Shown: positions 55,678-64,000 of the stretch, one piece after another
Numbering within the stretch: the stretch's first letter is position 1
Layout of the letters: each line of letters opens with the position of its first letter
Origin: Verrucomicrobia bacterium Tous-C9LFEB
Lineage (GTDB): Bacteria; Acidobacteriota; Terriglobia; Terriglobales; Acidobacteriaceae
Assembly: GCA_964658105.1 (NCBI GenBank)
Contig: CAZZXY010000005.1
Location: 366 to 64,365, forward strand
Length of the DNA stretch: 64,000 nucleotides
Direction of reading: 5' to 3'
Position numbers and translations under genes: made by a program
The notes under the pieces: generated by a model
What the model saw: only the letters and a program-made list of their open reading frames with translations
Databases searched by the model: none
Told to the model about the DNA's origin: nothing

Positions 55678-56595
55678 TTACGCGGTCGTCGCGCTGATGT
55701 TGCCGTTCAAGCCGCTGGGGAAGAACGTACCGCTCTTCACGCCTGCGCCACCGGGTGTTCCGTACACGATGTGAAGCACCTCGTCGGGGGTCCGTGCGAA
55801 GCCCTGCGCCGTGATAGGGTCAGCAGCAACAATCGTGCTCGCACTCAAAGCGGTTTCCTTGCCGCCGCCAAGGGACGAACGCACCGTGGACACCTGATTG
55901 GCGATCGTGACAAGCGCTGGTCCCGCAGCCACGATCTGGGAACGTATCGAGGCTGCGTGATAAGCCTCCACCGCGTGAATACGCACGCCAACGGCCAGAT
56001 TGGCTTTACTCGTCAGTGCGCCTGCCGCCCCGTGGTATGCCGTTACACCAACGTCCTCGAAGATGAAGGCGCCGATCAAATAATTGTCATAGCTCGAGAA
56101 GGGATCGAAGCTGCTACCCAGACCGGCCGCAGTTGCGAGGGCATTGAAGCTGGCAGTGAGATCGATCTTCGGCGCTGAAACTGCAGCGCTGCCAAGTGCA
56201 TTACGAAGAAGGCGAACGTGGTCCAGTTCGTTCTGAGCCACCTCGTAAATGTAGGCGCTCTGCACAGGCGTCAATTTTGGGATCGCCGATCCACCCGTTG
56301 TATTGCTGGTCAGATTGCCGGTGTCCCCCACGCCCAAACCTGTCCCTGTTGCAGCCCGCAGGTAAAACTCCGCCTCCAGGTACTCCAGGTTCAACGCGAA
56401 GTTCAGGTAATCAGCGTCGGTCAGACCGCCGGCGGGCGGTGTCGTGGTCGTCGTTGTGGGGGTCTGAGGCAGAGGCAGTGTATCTCCACCGCTGCAACCC
56501 ACCGCAAGTGAACCAACAATAGCTCCGCCCGTCCCAGCTACAAAACTGCGCCGGGATAAGGAGCGATCAAAAAAATGACTCAGTTTCCGTTCCAA
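55678..56595 (-). CDS. TAT-exported ferritin-like (Ferritin_2) domain protein, paralog
   Basis: SRRSFVAGTGGAIVG signal, DADYLNFALNLEYLEAEFYLRA and ELDHVRLLR. Lies 14 nt upstream of its paralog. Confidence 0.8.
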   Translation of the reverse strand: MERKLSHFFDRSLSRRSFVAGTGGAIVGSLAVGCSGGDTLPLPQTPTTTTTTPPAGGLTDADYLNFALNLEYLEAEFYLRAATGTGLGVGDTGNLTSNTTGGSAIPKLTPVQSAYIYEVAQNELDHVRLLRNALGSAAVSAPKIDLTASFNALATAAGLGSSFDPFSSYDNYLIGAFIFEDVGVTAYHGAAGALTSKANLAVGVRIHAVEAYHAASIRSQIVAAGPALVTIANQVSTVRSSLGGGKETALSASTIVAADPITAQGFARTPDEVLHIVYGTPGGAGVKSGTFFPSGLNGNISATTA

Positions 56596-56713
56596 TTGGC
56601 ACTCTCCCTAAAATGAATCGACATCGAACATGTGCTCCAGAAGGCACCCTCTTAACGACTGGTTGCAATTGCACCTGTATTTCAAACCAGGCTCTGCCAT
56701 GTTGTTCAAACGC

Positions 56714-58429
56714 TCAGTCTGCTGCTTCCGTCACCTTCAATACCTGATCCCCCGCGACGTTATGCAGGGTCTGCACCTTCCCGGACGGCCAACGAATCTC
56801 AACAAGATCGGCCCGCGCGTCTGATCCGAGCCCGAAGTGCACAGGACCATCGCTCGACGAAGCGTACCCTACGCTCGTCGTCATGTGGTTGTACTGTGTA
56901 CCGCCCATGGCAACAACTTTCAGGCGAGCTCCGATCCCATCCCTGTTGCTCTTCGTTCCGCGTAGCTGAATGTCCAGCCAGTGGCCGCTCCTCGGGCTGC
57001 GATTCATCCAGATCTCGGCATCGCGGTCGAGGGCGGTGGCCACAATGTCCACCCGTCCATCTCCGTCCAAATCCCCGAAAGCGCACCCACGATGACGCCC
57101 ACCACGTGCGGCATCAAAGCCGGCAGTTTCCGTATAAGGCTTCCATTTTCCAGTGTTTCCTGGATTCCGAAACACGGTGTTGAACTGATCGATGTCGGCG
57201 CCAGGGATGGGCATCGTTTCGACGTGTCCTCGTGTAACGAACAGGTCCTTCCAACCATCATTGTCCAGATCGTAAAGGGCTGCGCAATAGCCTGCCATCT
57301 TCATGCTTGCCTCGCGCATTCCGCTCGACGAGGTGACCTCATGAAAATCCCCCTTTCCCGTGTTTTCGAGCATGGGGAAGGTCTGGTTGTTCAACGCCAC
57401 ATAGGCGATGTCCGGCAGACCGTCATTGTTGAAGTCACGGAAGTCCAACCCCATACCAGAAATGAAGTTGCCGTCTTCCGGCAAGGCCACACCCGACTCA
57501 AAAGCAATTTCTTCGAACTTACTGCCCGTGTTGTGAAACAGACTGTTGTAGCTCGCATCATTTGTAACGAACAGATCGGGTTTACCATCCCCGTCGTAGT
57601 CAGCAACCCCTACGCCCATGCCTTTTCCAGGATGTTGCCGAATGCCCCACTCTGCGGAGACGTCCTGAAAAGTGCCGTTTCCTTTGTTGAGGAACAACTG
57701 ATTTGGTTGTGGCTTGTAGAACTTGGGGTGACAGTAATCTCCTACACCACGGAAAGCGCATAGTGGCTTATCGGTATAACTCCACCGCATGTAGTTCACC
57801 ACGAACAGGTCCAGCAACCCGTCGTTATTGACGTCCACCCAGGCGGCAGTGATACTCCAAAGCGGGCCAAATTCCGGGTCGTTGGATCGGTCAAGACCTG
57901 CTGCAGCCGTGACATCAGTGAAGGTCCCATTCCCGTTGTTGTGATACAGCGTGTTCTTGTACACTCCGGCGACAAAGAGGTCGGGGTGACCGTCATTGTC
58001 GAAATCACCCACGGCGACGCCCATGTCGTACCCGCTACCGGTCAGCCCCGCTTGGGACGTCACATCTGTGTAGTGATTATTGCCGTCGTTGCGGAAGAGA
58101 CGATTGGAGTACTTCGCACCGTCTTTCTTCAACGTTGCGATATCTGCTCCGTTAGTGAAGAAGATATCAGGACGTCCGTCGCCGTTATAGTCAAAGACAG
58201 CGGTACCCCCTCCCATCGCTTCCGGAGCATTCTTTCCCACCGTCTCATCATCCTCGAAGTGAAAAGGTATCTTCTGCAGATCAAAGTGCAGCGGCGATGA
58301 GGCGTTAGGTTGTGGAGACTGCGCCACGACGGACCTCGCAAACAAGACAGCGAACAACAGACTGCCCCAGACTAGCGGGGGACAAAGTGGGAAGCGGGGC
58401 CGTGAAAGCATAATTTCCGGGTGGAGCAA
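56714..58429 (-). CDS. CRTAC1-family protein (FG-GAP/VCBS + ASPIC/UnbV), secreted
   Basis: Signal ...LLFAVLFARSVVAQ. VFDYNGDGRPDIF, VGDFDNDGHPDLF, VADYDGDGKPDLF, FRDFNNDGLPDIA, then NRDGIGARLKVVAMG...FGLGSDARADLVEIRWPSG. Confidence 0.85.
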   Translation of the reverse strand: MLHPEIMLSRPRFPLCPPLVWGSLLFAVLFARSVVAQSPQPNASSPLHFDLQKIPFHFEDDETVGKNAPEAMGGGTAVFDYNGDGRPDIFFTNGADIATLKKDGAKYSNRLFRNDGNNHYTDVTSQAGLTGSGYDMGVAVGDFDNDGHPDLFVAGVYKNTLYHNNGNGTFTDVTAAAGLDRSNDPEFGPLWSITAAWVDVNNDGLLDLFVVNYMRWSYTDKPLCAFRGVGDYCHPKFYKPQPNQLFLNKGNGTFQDVSAEWGIRQHPGKGMGVGVADYDGDGKPDLFVTNDASYNSLFHNTGSKFEEIAFESGVALPEDGNFISGMGLDFRDFNNDGLPDIAYVALNNQTFPMLENTGKGDFHEVTSSSGMREASMKMAGYCAALYDLDNDGWKDLFVTRGHVETMPIPGADIDQFNTVFRNPGNTGKWKPYTETAGFDAARGGRHRGCAFGDLDGDGRVDIVATALDRDAEIWMNRSPRSGHWLDIQLRGTKSNRDGIGARLKVVAMGGTQYNHMTTSVGYASSSDGPVHFGLGSDARADLVEIRWPSGKVQTLHNVAGDQVLKVTEAAD

Positions 58430-58474
58430 CGGAAGGACGGCACAGCCGCCCTTCCGTTACAGGCAGTACGTTCG

Positions 58475-61400
58475 CTAGAAGTAGAACTTGGCAGCCAGGG
58501 TCACGAAGCGTGATCCCGTTTTAAAGGCTGGAGTTCCGGTCGTTTGCGTGTTGGTGTTGGAGGTCGCCAGAGACGTGACCGTCAATGGCGTGTGTGTGCC
58601 GTCTGGGTTCACTGTGAAGCAGCTGGCGCACGTAGCGTTGCTGGTTTGTGTGAGCGTCAGCTGCGAATCCAATTGGTTCGCTAGACCAAACTGACGCAAG
58701 GGGTGATTTAACCAGTTATCCGCATTTGCACGAATCTCAATCCGACGAACCTCTGTCAGCTTGAAGCTCTTGTAAATGCCCAGGTTGCTGTTCCAGTAGT
58801 TCGGTGCGCGCATGTACGGCATAATGCTTGGTCCCTGCTGACCATATGCCGGGGTTGTGAAGCAGCTCGGATTGAAGCGCTGCCCCTTCTTCAGGTTTTT
58901 CGTCGGATCGCAGGTTACGGCTGGGACCAGCACGTTATAGGCGTTGGTACCGAACCAGCTGGAGGCATTCACCCCGGTGGCGCGGAGCCCGTTGGGTAGG
59001 GCAATGCTTTCGTCGGGCAGATCAGGATGATTGACCGTCGGCGTCGTCAAACCGTTCCAGGTTGCGTTCAGGTTGCCACCCAGTGTTGGCTGCAGCGGAG
59101 CACCCATCTGGAAAGCGGTGTAGCTCGAAGTCTGCCATCCGTTCACCGCTCCGGCCAGCAACCGGTTTGTGAAGCCCGAGCCATGAATGGCGTTGGGCAA
59201 GCGGTAATTCACCGTGAAGTTGATGATGTGGGTGTGGTCATACTCAAGCGGGCCATAGTTGTTCTGGATCACGAACGGATCAACACCCGTGCCGTTGCCT
59301 GAGCCGTTATTTGTGCCGCCGTCCCGAATGCCGAGCACCTTGCTGAAGGTGTAGTTCGCGACGTAAGTGACGGTACCGGTTTGTTTCTGGAAGTTGAACT
59401 GGAACGAGTTGTAGTTTGAGTAAGGCGAATGCGTGAGCAGGTAAACGTTCTGGTACGCGACAAGCGGACGGAAGTTGTTGGCCTGGAACGTCGGCACGTA
59501 GGAAGTTGGATCCTGAGCGCAGTAGATCGAGGGGTCGTTGCCGCAACCTGGGGCAGAGGGCGAAACGTACCGTCCAGTGGTTGGATCTTTCTGGAAGAAG
59601 CCTCCAGGAGCCACGTTATTCAGATTTCCCAGATTGCTGTTTCCGCCGTCCAGGTACTCGTTCACACTGCGATTGCCAACCCAGGAGACTTCCACAACCG
59701 AACGCCACTTGAATGCCTGCGAGATCGTGGCGTTCCAGTCACTGGTATAGGGAACACGGTTATCGCCCTTTTCCATCGCGTAGATTGAGGAGCCGTTTTG
59801 CGCGACGCTCGACGGCGGGGTGAAGGAGGTTACGTTGTTGTAACCCTTGAAGGCATTTGGTGTCCCGTAAGAAAAGGAGCCTTGGGGTCCGTTGCCGGCG
59901 TTCCCGACCTCGGTACTTGCCTGGTAGTAGTAGGTTGCGTAACCGCCGCGGACAACCGTTTTGCCGGTGCCAAAGACGTCATACGCGAACCCGAGGCGCG
60001 GAGCATAGAAGAAGAGCCTTGAAGGGAAACCGGACATCGGAATGCTTGAGTCGATGGCATTCCACGCCAGACCAGTGTTGTTCGGTGCGCTCTTGCTGTT
60101 GACGTAGGTGTTGGGGTTCCACACCTGGAAGCCTTCTGGGATTCCATACCAGTTGCCGATGTGGTCGAAACGCAAGCCGTAGTTGAGGGTTAGCTTCTTC
60201 GAAGCCTTCCAAGAGTCCTGAGCATACAGAGACCACTGGTGCCAGCGAAGGTCCTGCGGAACCTGCACATTCTGCTGGGAGTAGCTGGAGATAATCCCGA
60301 GTTCGAGATCCGCCACGTAGTTGTTCGTGGAAAGATTGCTGCCGCCGTAGTTGTAGGTTCCATTGTCCGGAACGTTGCTGTTCTGGTAGTTGTGCTGGTT
60401 ATCCCAGTAAAAGCCAGCCTTCAGGGTGTGCGTTCCAACCAGCTTCGTGACGTTGTCGTAGAACGAAGGAACTTCCTTCACGCCGCCGAACGATCCCGTT
60501 GAGAACGGATATTGCGAGATGTTAGCCAGAGTTCCGCCCCAGGGACCTTCGAAATTCGGGATCTGGTCGGTCGTGTGGCCAAACAGGCCCTGCGCCTTGA
60601 ATCCAACGTCGTTCCGGTTTACCGCGGAGGGGTTGGCCAGTTTGTACGGATTTACAAAGTGTGACCAGCCAAAAACCGCTTCGTTGGTCGTCGTCGGGTT
60701 GAACACGTGCGTGTAGTTGGCGAGAACGACCTGCGTGGTCGTCTGCGATGCAGAAGTGGAGGGGTACGGCAGCGTCCAGCCTGGCGACCACCAAACAGAG
60801 ATGGGCGAGAGATCGGATTCTTTCTGATAGGTGTAGGAACCGGTGATCTTGTCGTTGTCGCTTAGAGCGTAATCCAGCTTGCCCGTAGCTTCCCAACGGT
60901 TCTGTGGGGAGGTGTTTGTGTACTGATAGTTCGTGTAGCCGTTCCCTGGAGTCGGGGTCTGGTTGGGAGTCGGATACAGGCTCAGGACAGACGGCGCCAG
61001 CGGATCAAATGCGGCCGTTGGTACTGCGGTCGAACTGCCACCCGTAGGAACGTTCTGCTGCAGCTGGTTGTAGAAGCCACCCCAGGTGTTCCGGAGCGTC
61101 GTAAGTGTCGCCGGATCGATACCCGGGTTGCTGAAGTCACCGGCGCGCTGTGCCGTGTTCGGGACGTTGAAGTTGAGAATGGCGCCGGCGGGCTGCTGCT
61201 TCATGTACTCATAGCCGCCCCAGAAAAACAGCTTGTCCTTGTTCTGGTTAAACTTGGTGAAGGGCAAACGCACCGGGCCGCCAACGTTTCCACCCATGTA
61301 GTAGTAGCTCTGAGCGGCGTTCGTCCCACCCTGGCTCTTGGTGAAGGCGTCAACCGAATTCAGAGCGGCATTGTGGGTGTAAAGGTAAGCCTCGCCATGG

Positions 61401-62179
61401 AAATCCTTGGTGCCACTGCGGCTGAAGGCCTCAAAGATCACCGGTCCCTTGGCGAACTCCGCACCGTAGCTCGACATCAGGATCTTAATATTGCCGATCA
61501 TGTCCGGGTTGATGTTTGCGATCTGGGTGCCCATGTTGCCCGGGTCTACAAGGTTGGACCCGTCCAGCATGTAGGCGATGGTGCCGTTCGGCTGTGTACC
61601 GTTCGCCGAGAGGCTGCCTACGGGACCGTTGTTCGATCCAACGATACGATCGTTGAAGCCGCCCCCAGTGGGAGCAGCAAGCGCCATACCCGGCGCAATT
61701 CGCAGCAACTCACCAGCGTCACGGCCCGAGAACGGAAAATCGTTGATCATCTGCTGATTCAGTGAGGTGCTCACCTCGGCCGTGTCAAGTGGAACCGACA
61801 CGTCGCCACCAGCAACCACGTCCACGCTCTGGGCGCTGCCGCCGACCTGCAGCTTGATATTTGTGACGTCTCGGTTGTCACCGAGTCCCATCACGATGCC
61901 CCGGGCTTCCCAGCTGGAGAAACCGGTTGCCGTCACGTCCAGCGTATAGTTCGCGGGCTGAACGCTGGTAATCGCGAAGTGGCCGGACTTGTCCGTAACT
62001 GAGGTTCGAACGTCGCCACTACCCTCGTTTTTCAGGGTGATTTTGGCGCTTGGCACAGCGGCTCCGGACTGGTCATAGGCAGTGCCGCTGATTGTGCCGG
62101 TAAGCTGCTGTGCATCAGCAGCCAGTCCGCTCAGCGCCAGAAGCGCGACCGAACCGAATAGTTTGAAGCGCTTCATCAT
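58475..62179 (-). CDS. TonB-dependent receptor with N-terminal carboxypeptidase-regulatory-like domain
   Basis: Signal MMKRFKLFGSVALLALSGLAADAQ, a CarboxypepD_reg-like segment (GTISGTAYDQSGAAVPSAKITL...ANYTLDVTATGF), a very long beta-barrel region and the terminal ...TLAAKFYF. Confidence 0.9.
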   Translation of the reverse strand: MMKRFKLFGSVALLALSGLAADAQQLTGTISGTAYDQSGAAVPSAKITLKNEGSGDVRTSVTDKSGHFAITSVQPANYTLDVTATGFSSWEARGIVMGLGDNRDVTNIKLQVGGSAQSVDVVAGGDVSVPLDTAEVSTSLNQQMINDFPFSGRDAGELLRIAPGMALAAPTGGGFNDRIVGSNNGPVGSLSANGTQPNGTIAYMLDGSNLVDPGNMGTQIANINPDMIGNIKILMSSYGAEFAKGPVIFEAFSRSGTKDFHGEAYLYTHNAALNSVDAFTKSQGGTNAAQSYYYMGGNVGGPVRLPFTKFNQNKDKLFFWGGYEYMKQQPAGAILNFNVPNTAQRAGDFSNPGIDPATLTTLRNTWGGFYNQLQQNVPTGGSSTAVPTAAFDPLAPSVLSLYPTPNQTPTPGNGYTNYQYTNTSPQNRWEATGKLDYALSDNDKITGSYTYQKESDLSPISVWWSPGWTLPYPSTSASQTTTQVVLANYTHVFNPTTTNEAVFGWSHFVNPYKLANPSAVNRNDVGFKAQGLFGHTTDQIPNFEGPWGGTLANISQYPFSTGSFGGVKEVPSFYDNVTKLVGTHTLKAGFYWDNQHNYQNSNVPDNGTYNYGGSNLSTNNYVADLELGIISSYSQQNVQVPQDLRWHQWSLYAQDSWKASKKLTLNYGLRFDHIGNWYGIPEGFQVWNPNTYVNSKSAPNNTGLAWNAIDSSIPMSGFPSRLFFYAPRLGFAYDVFGTGKTVVRGGYATYYYQASTEVGNAGNGPQGSFSYGTPNAFKGYNNVTSFTPPSSVAQNGSSIYAMEKGDNRVPYTSDWNATISQAFKWRSVVEVSWVGNRSVNEYLDGGNSNLGNLNNVAPGGFFQKDPTTGRYVSPSAPGCGNDPSIYCAQDPTSYVPTFQANNFRPLVAYQNVYLLTHSPYSNYNSFQFNFQKQTGTVTYVANYTFSKVLGIRDGGTNNGSGNGTGVDPFVIQNNYGPLEYDHTHIINFTVNYRLPNAIHGSGFTNRLLAGAVNGWQTSSYTAFQMGAPLQPTLGGNLNATWNGLTTPTVNHPDLPDESIALPNGLRATGVNASSWFGTNAYNVLVPAVTCDPTKNLKKGQRFNPSCFTTPAYGQQGPSIMPYMRAPNYWNSNLGIYKSFKLTEVRRIEIRANADNWLNHPLRQFGLANQLDSQLTLTQTSNATCASCFTVNPDGTHTPLTVTSLATSNTNTQTTGTPAFKTGSRFVTLAAKFYF

Positions 62180-62564
62180 CAAAGCGCCAGAGTCCGCGAC
62201 GCGTCGCTGAACCTTCAAAAACATACACATCCTCCCGAAGTCCTACAGTGTGTCCAAATCGCGAGTAACGATATCGATAACACGCGAACCCGCTCTGCGC
62301 TGCACACGATCTCTATTTATGGAGCGAGCTATGGATAAGGTCTGCTACATACGGTTGTCAAGAGGATTCTTCCGCGGGCTGGGAAATGAGTCCTTGCCTG
62401 CCACTTACGTGGTAAGACCGCGTCCTTTGGTCTGCTCGGTTTGACAGTCGCCCGAACACTTTGGGATAGTTGAGCAGCCTGCGGACACGCAAACTGAATC
62501 TCGAAAGCTTCTGGCACGGTCAGCAAACAGCCGTCCGCCTTGCTTGCCAGCCAGGTTCCGAGTC

Positions 62565-63704
62565 ATGAGATTTACCCTGGGAGCCTTTGTGCTGTGCCGT
62601 CACAAAACCAAGTTGCTGCATTTCGTTATCGCAGCGGCTCTGGTGTTGCCAGCCTGTTCGCAGTCCTCCGCGGCTCCAGACTCCTTGATTCGTGACCGCG
62701 CCGCCCTGGCCGCTCAGCAGGGGGACATTGCACAGGCCACGAACCTCTACAAGCAGGGACTAGCCGCCGATCCGCGCTGGGCGGAAGGGTGGTGGTCTCT
62801 CGGCAATCTGCAGTACAAGCAGAATCTTTATGCAGAAGCGAGGGATTCTCTCAGCCAGTACATCGCCCTGGCACCCAAGGCAGTCGCTGCCCTCGCGCTT
62901 CGCGGCCTTTGCGAGTACGAACTGGATGCCCTTCCGGCCTCCCTGGCTGACATCGAGCAGGCCCTCTCACTCGGAGCCGCAAATCAGCCCCGCAATGCTC
63001 AGATCCTGCTCTATCACCAGGCCCTGCTGCTTACACGCCTCGGTCGCTTTGAAGAGGCCATCGCCAAATACACGCCCTTTGTGCAACAAGGCGTGACAGA
63101 CGAGGATCTGGCGATTGGTCTTGGCCTGGCAGGTCTCCGCATAGCGGAGCAGCCATCGACCATACCGCAGACAGATCTGCGCCTCGCCGCTTTAAGCGGC
63201 CACGCCGCATCCCAGATCCTCTCCGGGGATGCCGCGGGTGGCAGAAAGGCCTTCGCTGGCCTTTACGCTGCCTATCCAGGGCGGCCCAACCTGCACTTTT
63301 TCTGCGGCTACCTGCTTCTTACGGCCGACCCCGACGCGGGCATGGAAGAGCTTCGCCAAGAGCTTCTCGTGGCGCCTTCCAGTCAACCAGCACACACCAT
63401 GCTGGCCTGGACTTTGGAGTTCCAGGGCGACTTCTCGGAGGCCCTGCCGGTTGCCAGGGAGGCCGTGCGCGAGAACCCCTCCCTGTCCACCAATCAGCTG
63501 GTGCTTGGACGGGCGCTCCTTGAGACCGACAACGCCAAGGGCGCCCTGGATCCGTTGCAACAGGTACTGACCAGTGAACCGGGGAACCTGGAAGCACACA
63601 TCAGCCTGGCCAAGGCTTACTCCCTCCTGGGACAGCGGGACGAGGCACGGGAGCAACGACTGCTGAGTCTGAAGCTCGCCGACGGAGGAGTTCATGCGCC
63701 CTAG
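62565..63704 (+). CDS. tetratricopeptide-repeat protein (exported, possible lipoprotein)
   Basis: Signal MRFTLGAFVL...VIAAALVLPACS followed by repeated TPR-like A/L/Y-rich helices throughout. Confidence 0.75.
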   Translation: MRFTLGAFVLCRHKTKLLHFVIAAALVLPACSQSSAAPDSLIRDRAALAAQQGDIAQATNLYKQGLAADPRWAEGWWSLGNLQYKQNLYAEARDSLSQYIALAPKAVAALALRGLCEYELDALPASLADIEQALSLGAANQPRNAQILLYHQALLLTRLGRFEEAIAKYTPFVQQGVTDEDLAIGLGLAGLRIAEQPSTIPQTDLRLAALSGHAASQILSGDAAGGRKAFAGLYAAYPGRPNLHFFCGYLLLTADPDAGMEELRQELLVAPSSQPAHTMLAWTLEFQGDFSEALPVAREAVRENPSLSTNQLVLGRALLETDNAKGALDPLQQVLTSEPGNLEAHISLAKAYSLLGQRDEAREQRLLSLKLADGGVHAP

Positions 63705-64000
63705 CTCCTGGAGCGTGCTCCTCCTCTTTCTGTTCTGCTTGAACGCCAGCGGACAGCATACCTTTGACAGCGCAACCTGCGTAAAGTGTCACTCTGCCCA
63801 GGCTCTCCCGCAACCTGCCACGCTGATGGGGAGAGCCATGCAGGTGCATGGCAGCAACCCGACCCTGGAAGGGCACCCCAGCCTGGTCTTCACCAGCGGT
63901 CGTTTTACCTACTCGGTCACGACGCGCAGCGGTTCTACACAGTACAGCGTCAGTGACGGCACCGACACAATCACGCTCCCCGTTTCCTGGACCATGGGAG
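63695..64000 (+). CDS. c-type cytochrome (CXXCH) with signal peptide, 3' end outside window
   Basis: ATG 63695 overlaps the TPR gene by 10 nt. MRPSSWSVLLLFLFCLNASGQ signal, then CVKCH at 63778-63792. The frame stays open to the window end, and the gene is absent from the ORF track because it has no stop. Confidence 0.5.

Noticed and set aside
62441-62470. A TTGACA-N18-GATAGT promoter-like pair upstream of the TPR gene.
   Set aside because: The -10 matches only 4 of 6 positions and the spacing is 18 nt. This is too weak to report as a feature without transcript data.
63601-63876. A 91-aa minus-strand ORF at the window end.
   Set aside because: It overlaps the end of the TPR gene and the plus-strand signal-peptide/CXXCH reading frame, which is more convincing.

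Overview
This is a high-GC window (roughly 60% by eye). I infer an acidobacterial (Terriglobia-like) chromosome from the gene content: several CRTAC1/ASPIC-UnbV FG-GAP proteins, a CarboxypepD_reg-type TonB-dependent receptor, TAT-exported Ferritin_2 pairs and a GTCATCCTGAGC-type intergenic element. I found no rRNA, tRNA, CRISPR array, transposase or integrase.

Positions 1-24 kb are mostly housekeeping. They hold a partial M28 peptidase, TerC, the NAD operon nadA-nadB-nadC plus a cysteine desulfurase, a membrane-anchored XseA-like protein, dnaX-ybaB-recR, a two-module GT2, convergent gpmI-eno, a LytS-type histidine kinase with no partner regulator, ribA, a DinB-family protein, an Opu-type (glycine betaine-like) ABC operon led by an AAA_33 kinase-like gene, and gap.

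Positions 24-34 kb hold a NitT/TauT-type ABC transporter with two permeases, followed by a TAT-signal MerP-like HMA protein and a DsrE-like protein. Next come an AT-rich 64-aa perfect heptad-repeat miniprotein, an amidase, and a three-gene amino-sugar cassette (CapD-type dehydratase, hydrolysing 2-epimerase, DegT aminotransferase).

Positions 34-64 kb are accessory-looking. A translationally coupled operon encodes a giant TPR/FG-GAP lipoprotein, a CRTAC1 protein, an RnfD/NqrB-like membrane protein and a second CRTAC1 lipoprotein. It is followed by an overlapping three-gene unit on the opposite strand: an AsnB-like PP-loop ligase, a radical SAM enzyme and a flavin-dependent halogenase-like enzyme. 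I cannot match this triad to a known cassette, and it is my best candidate for an undescribed system. After it come a second giant paralog, a GH26 / carboxylesterase / AGE-epimerase glycan cluster, a minus-strand run of TonB-dependent receptor, CRTAC1 and two ferritin-like proteins, and a TPR protein plus the start of a c-type cytochrome at the window edge.

All calls rest on motif recognition in the supplied translations and on reading the DNA. No searches or computations were run, and many start codons are approximate.
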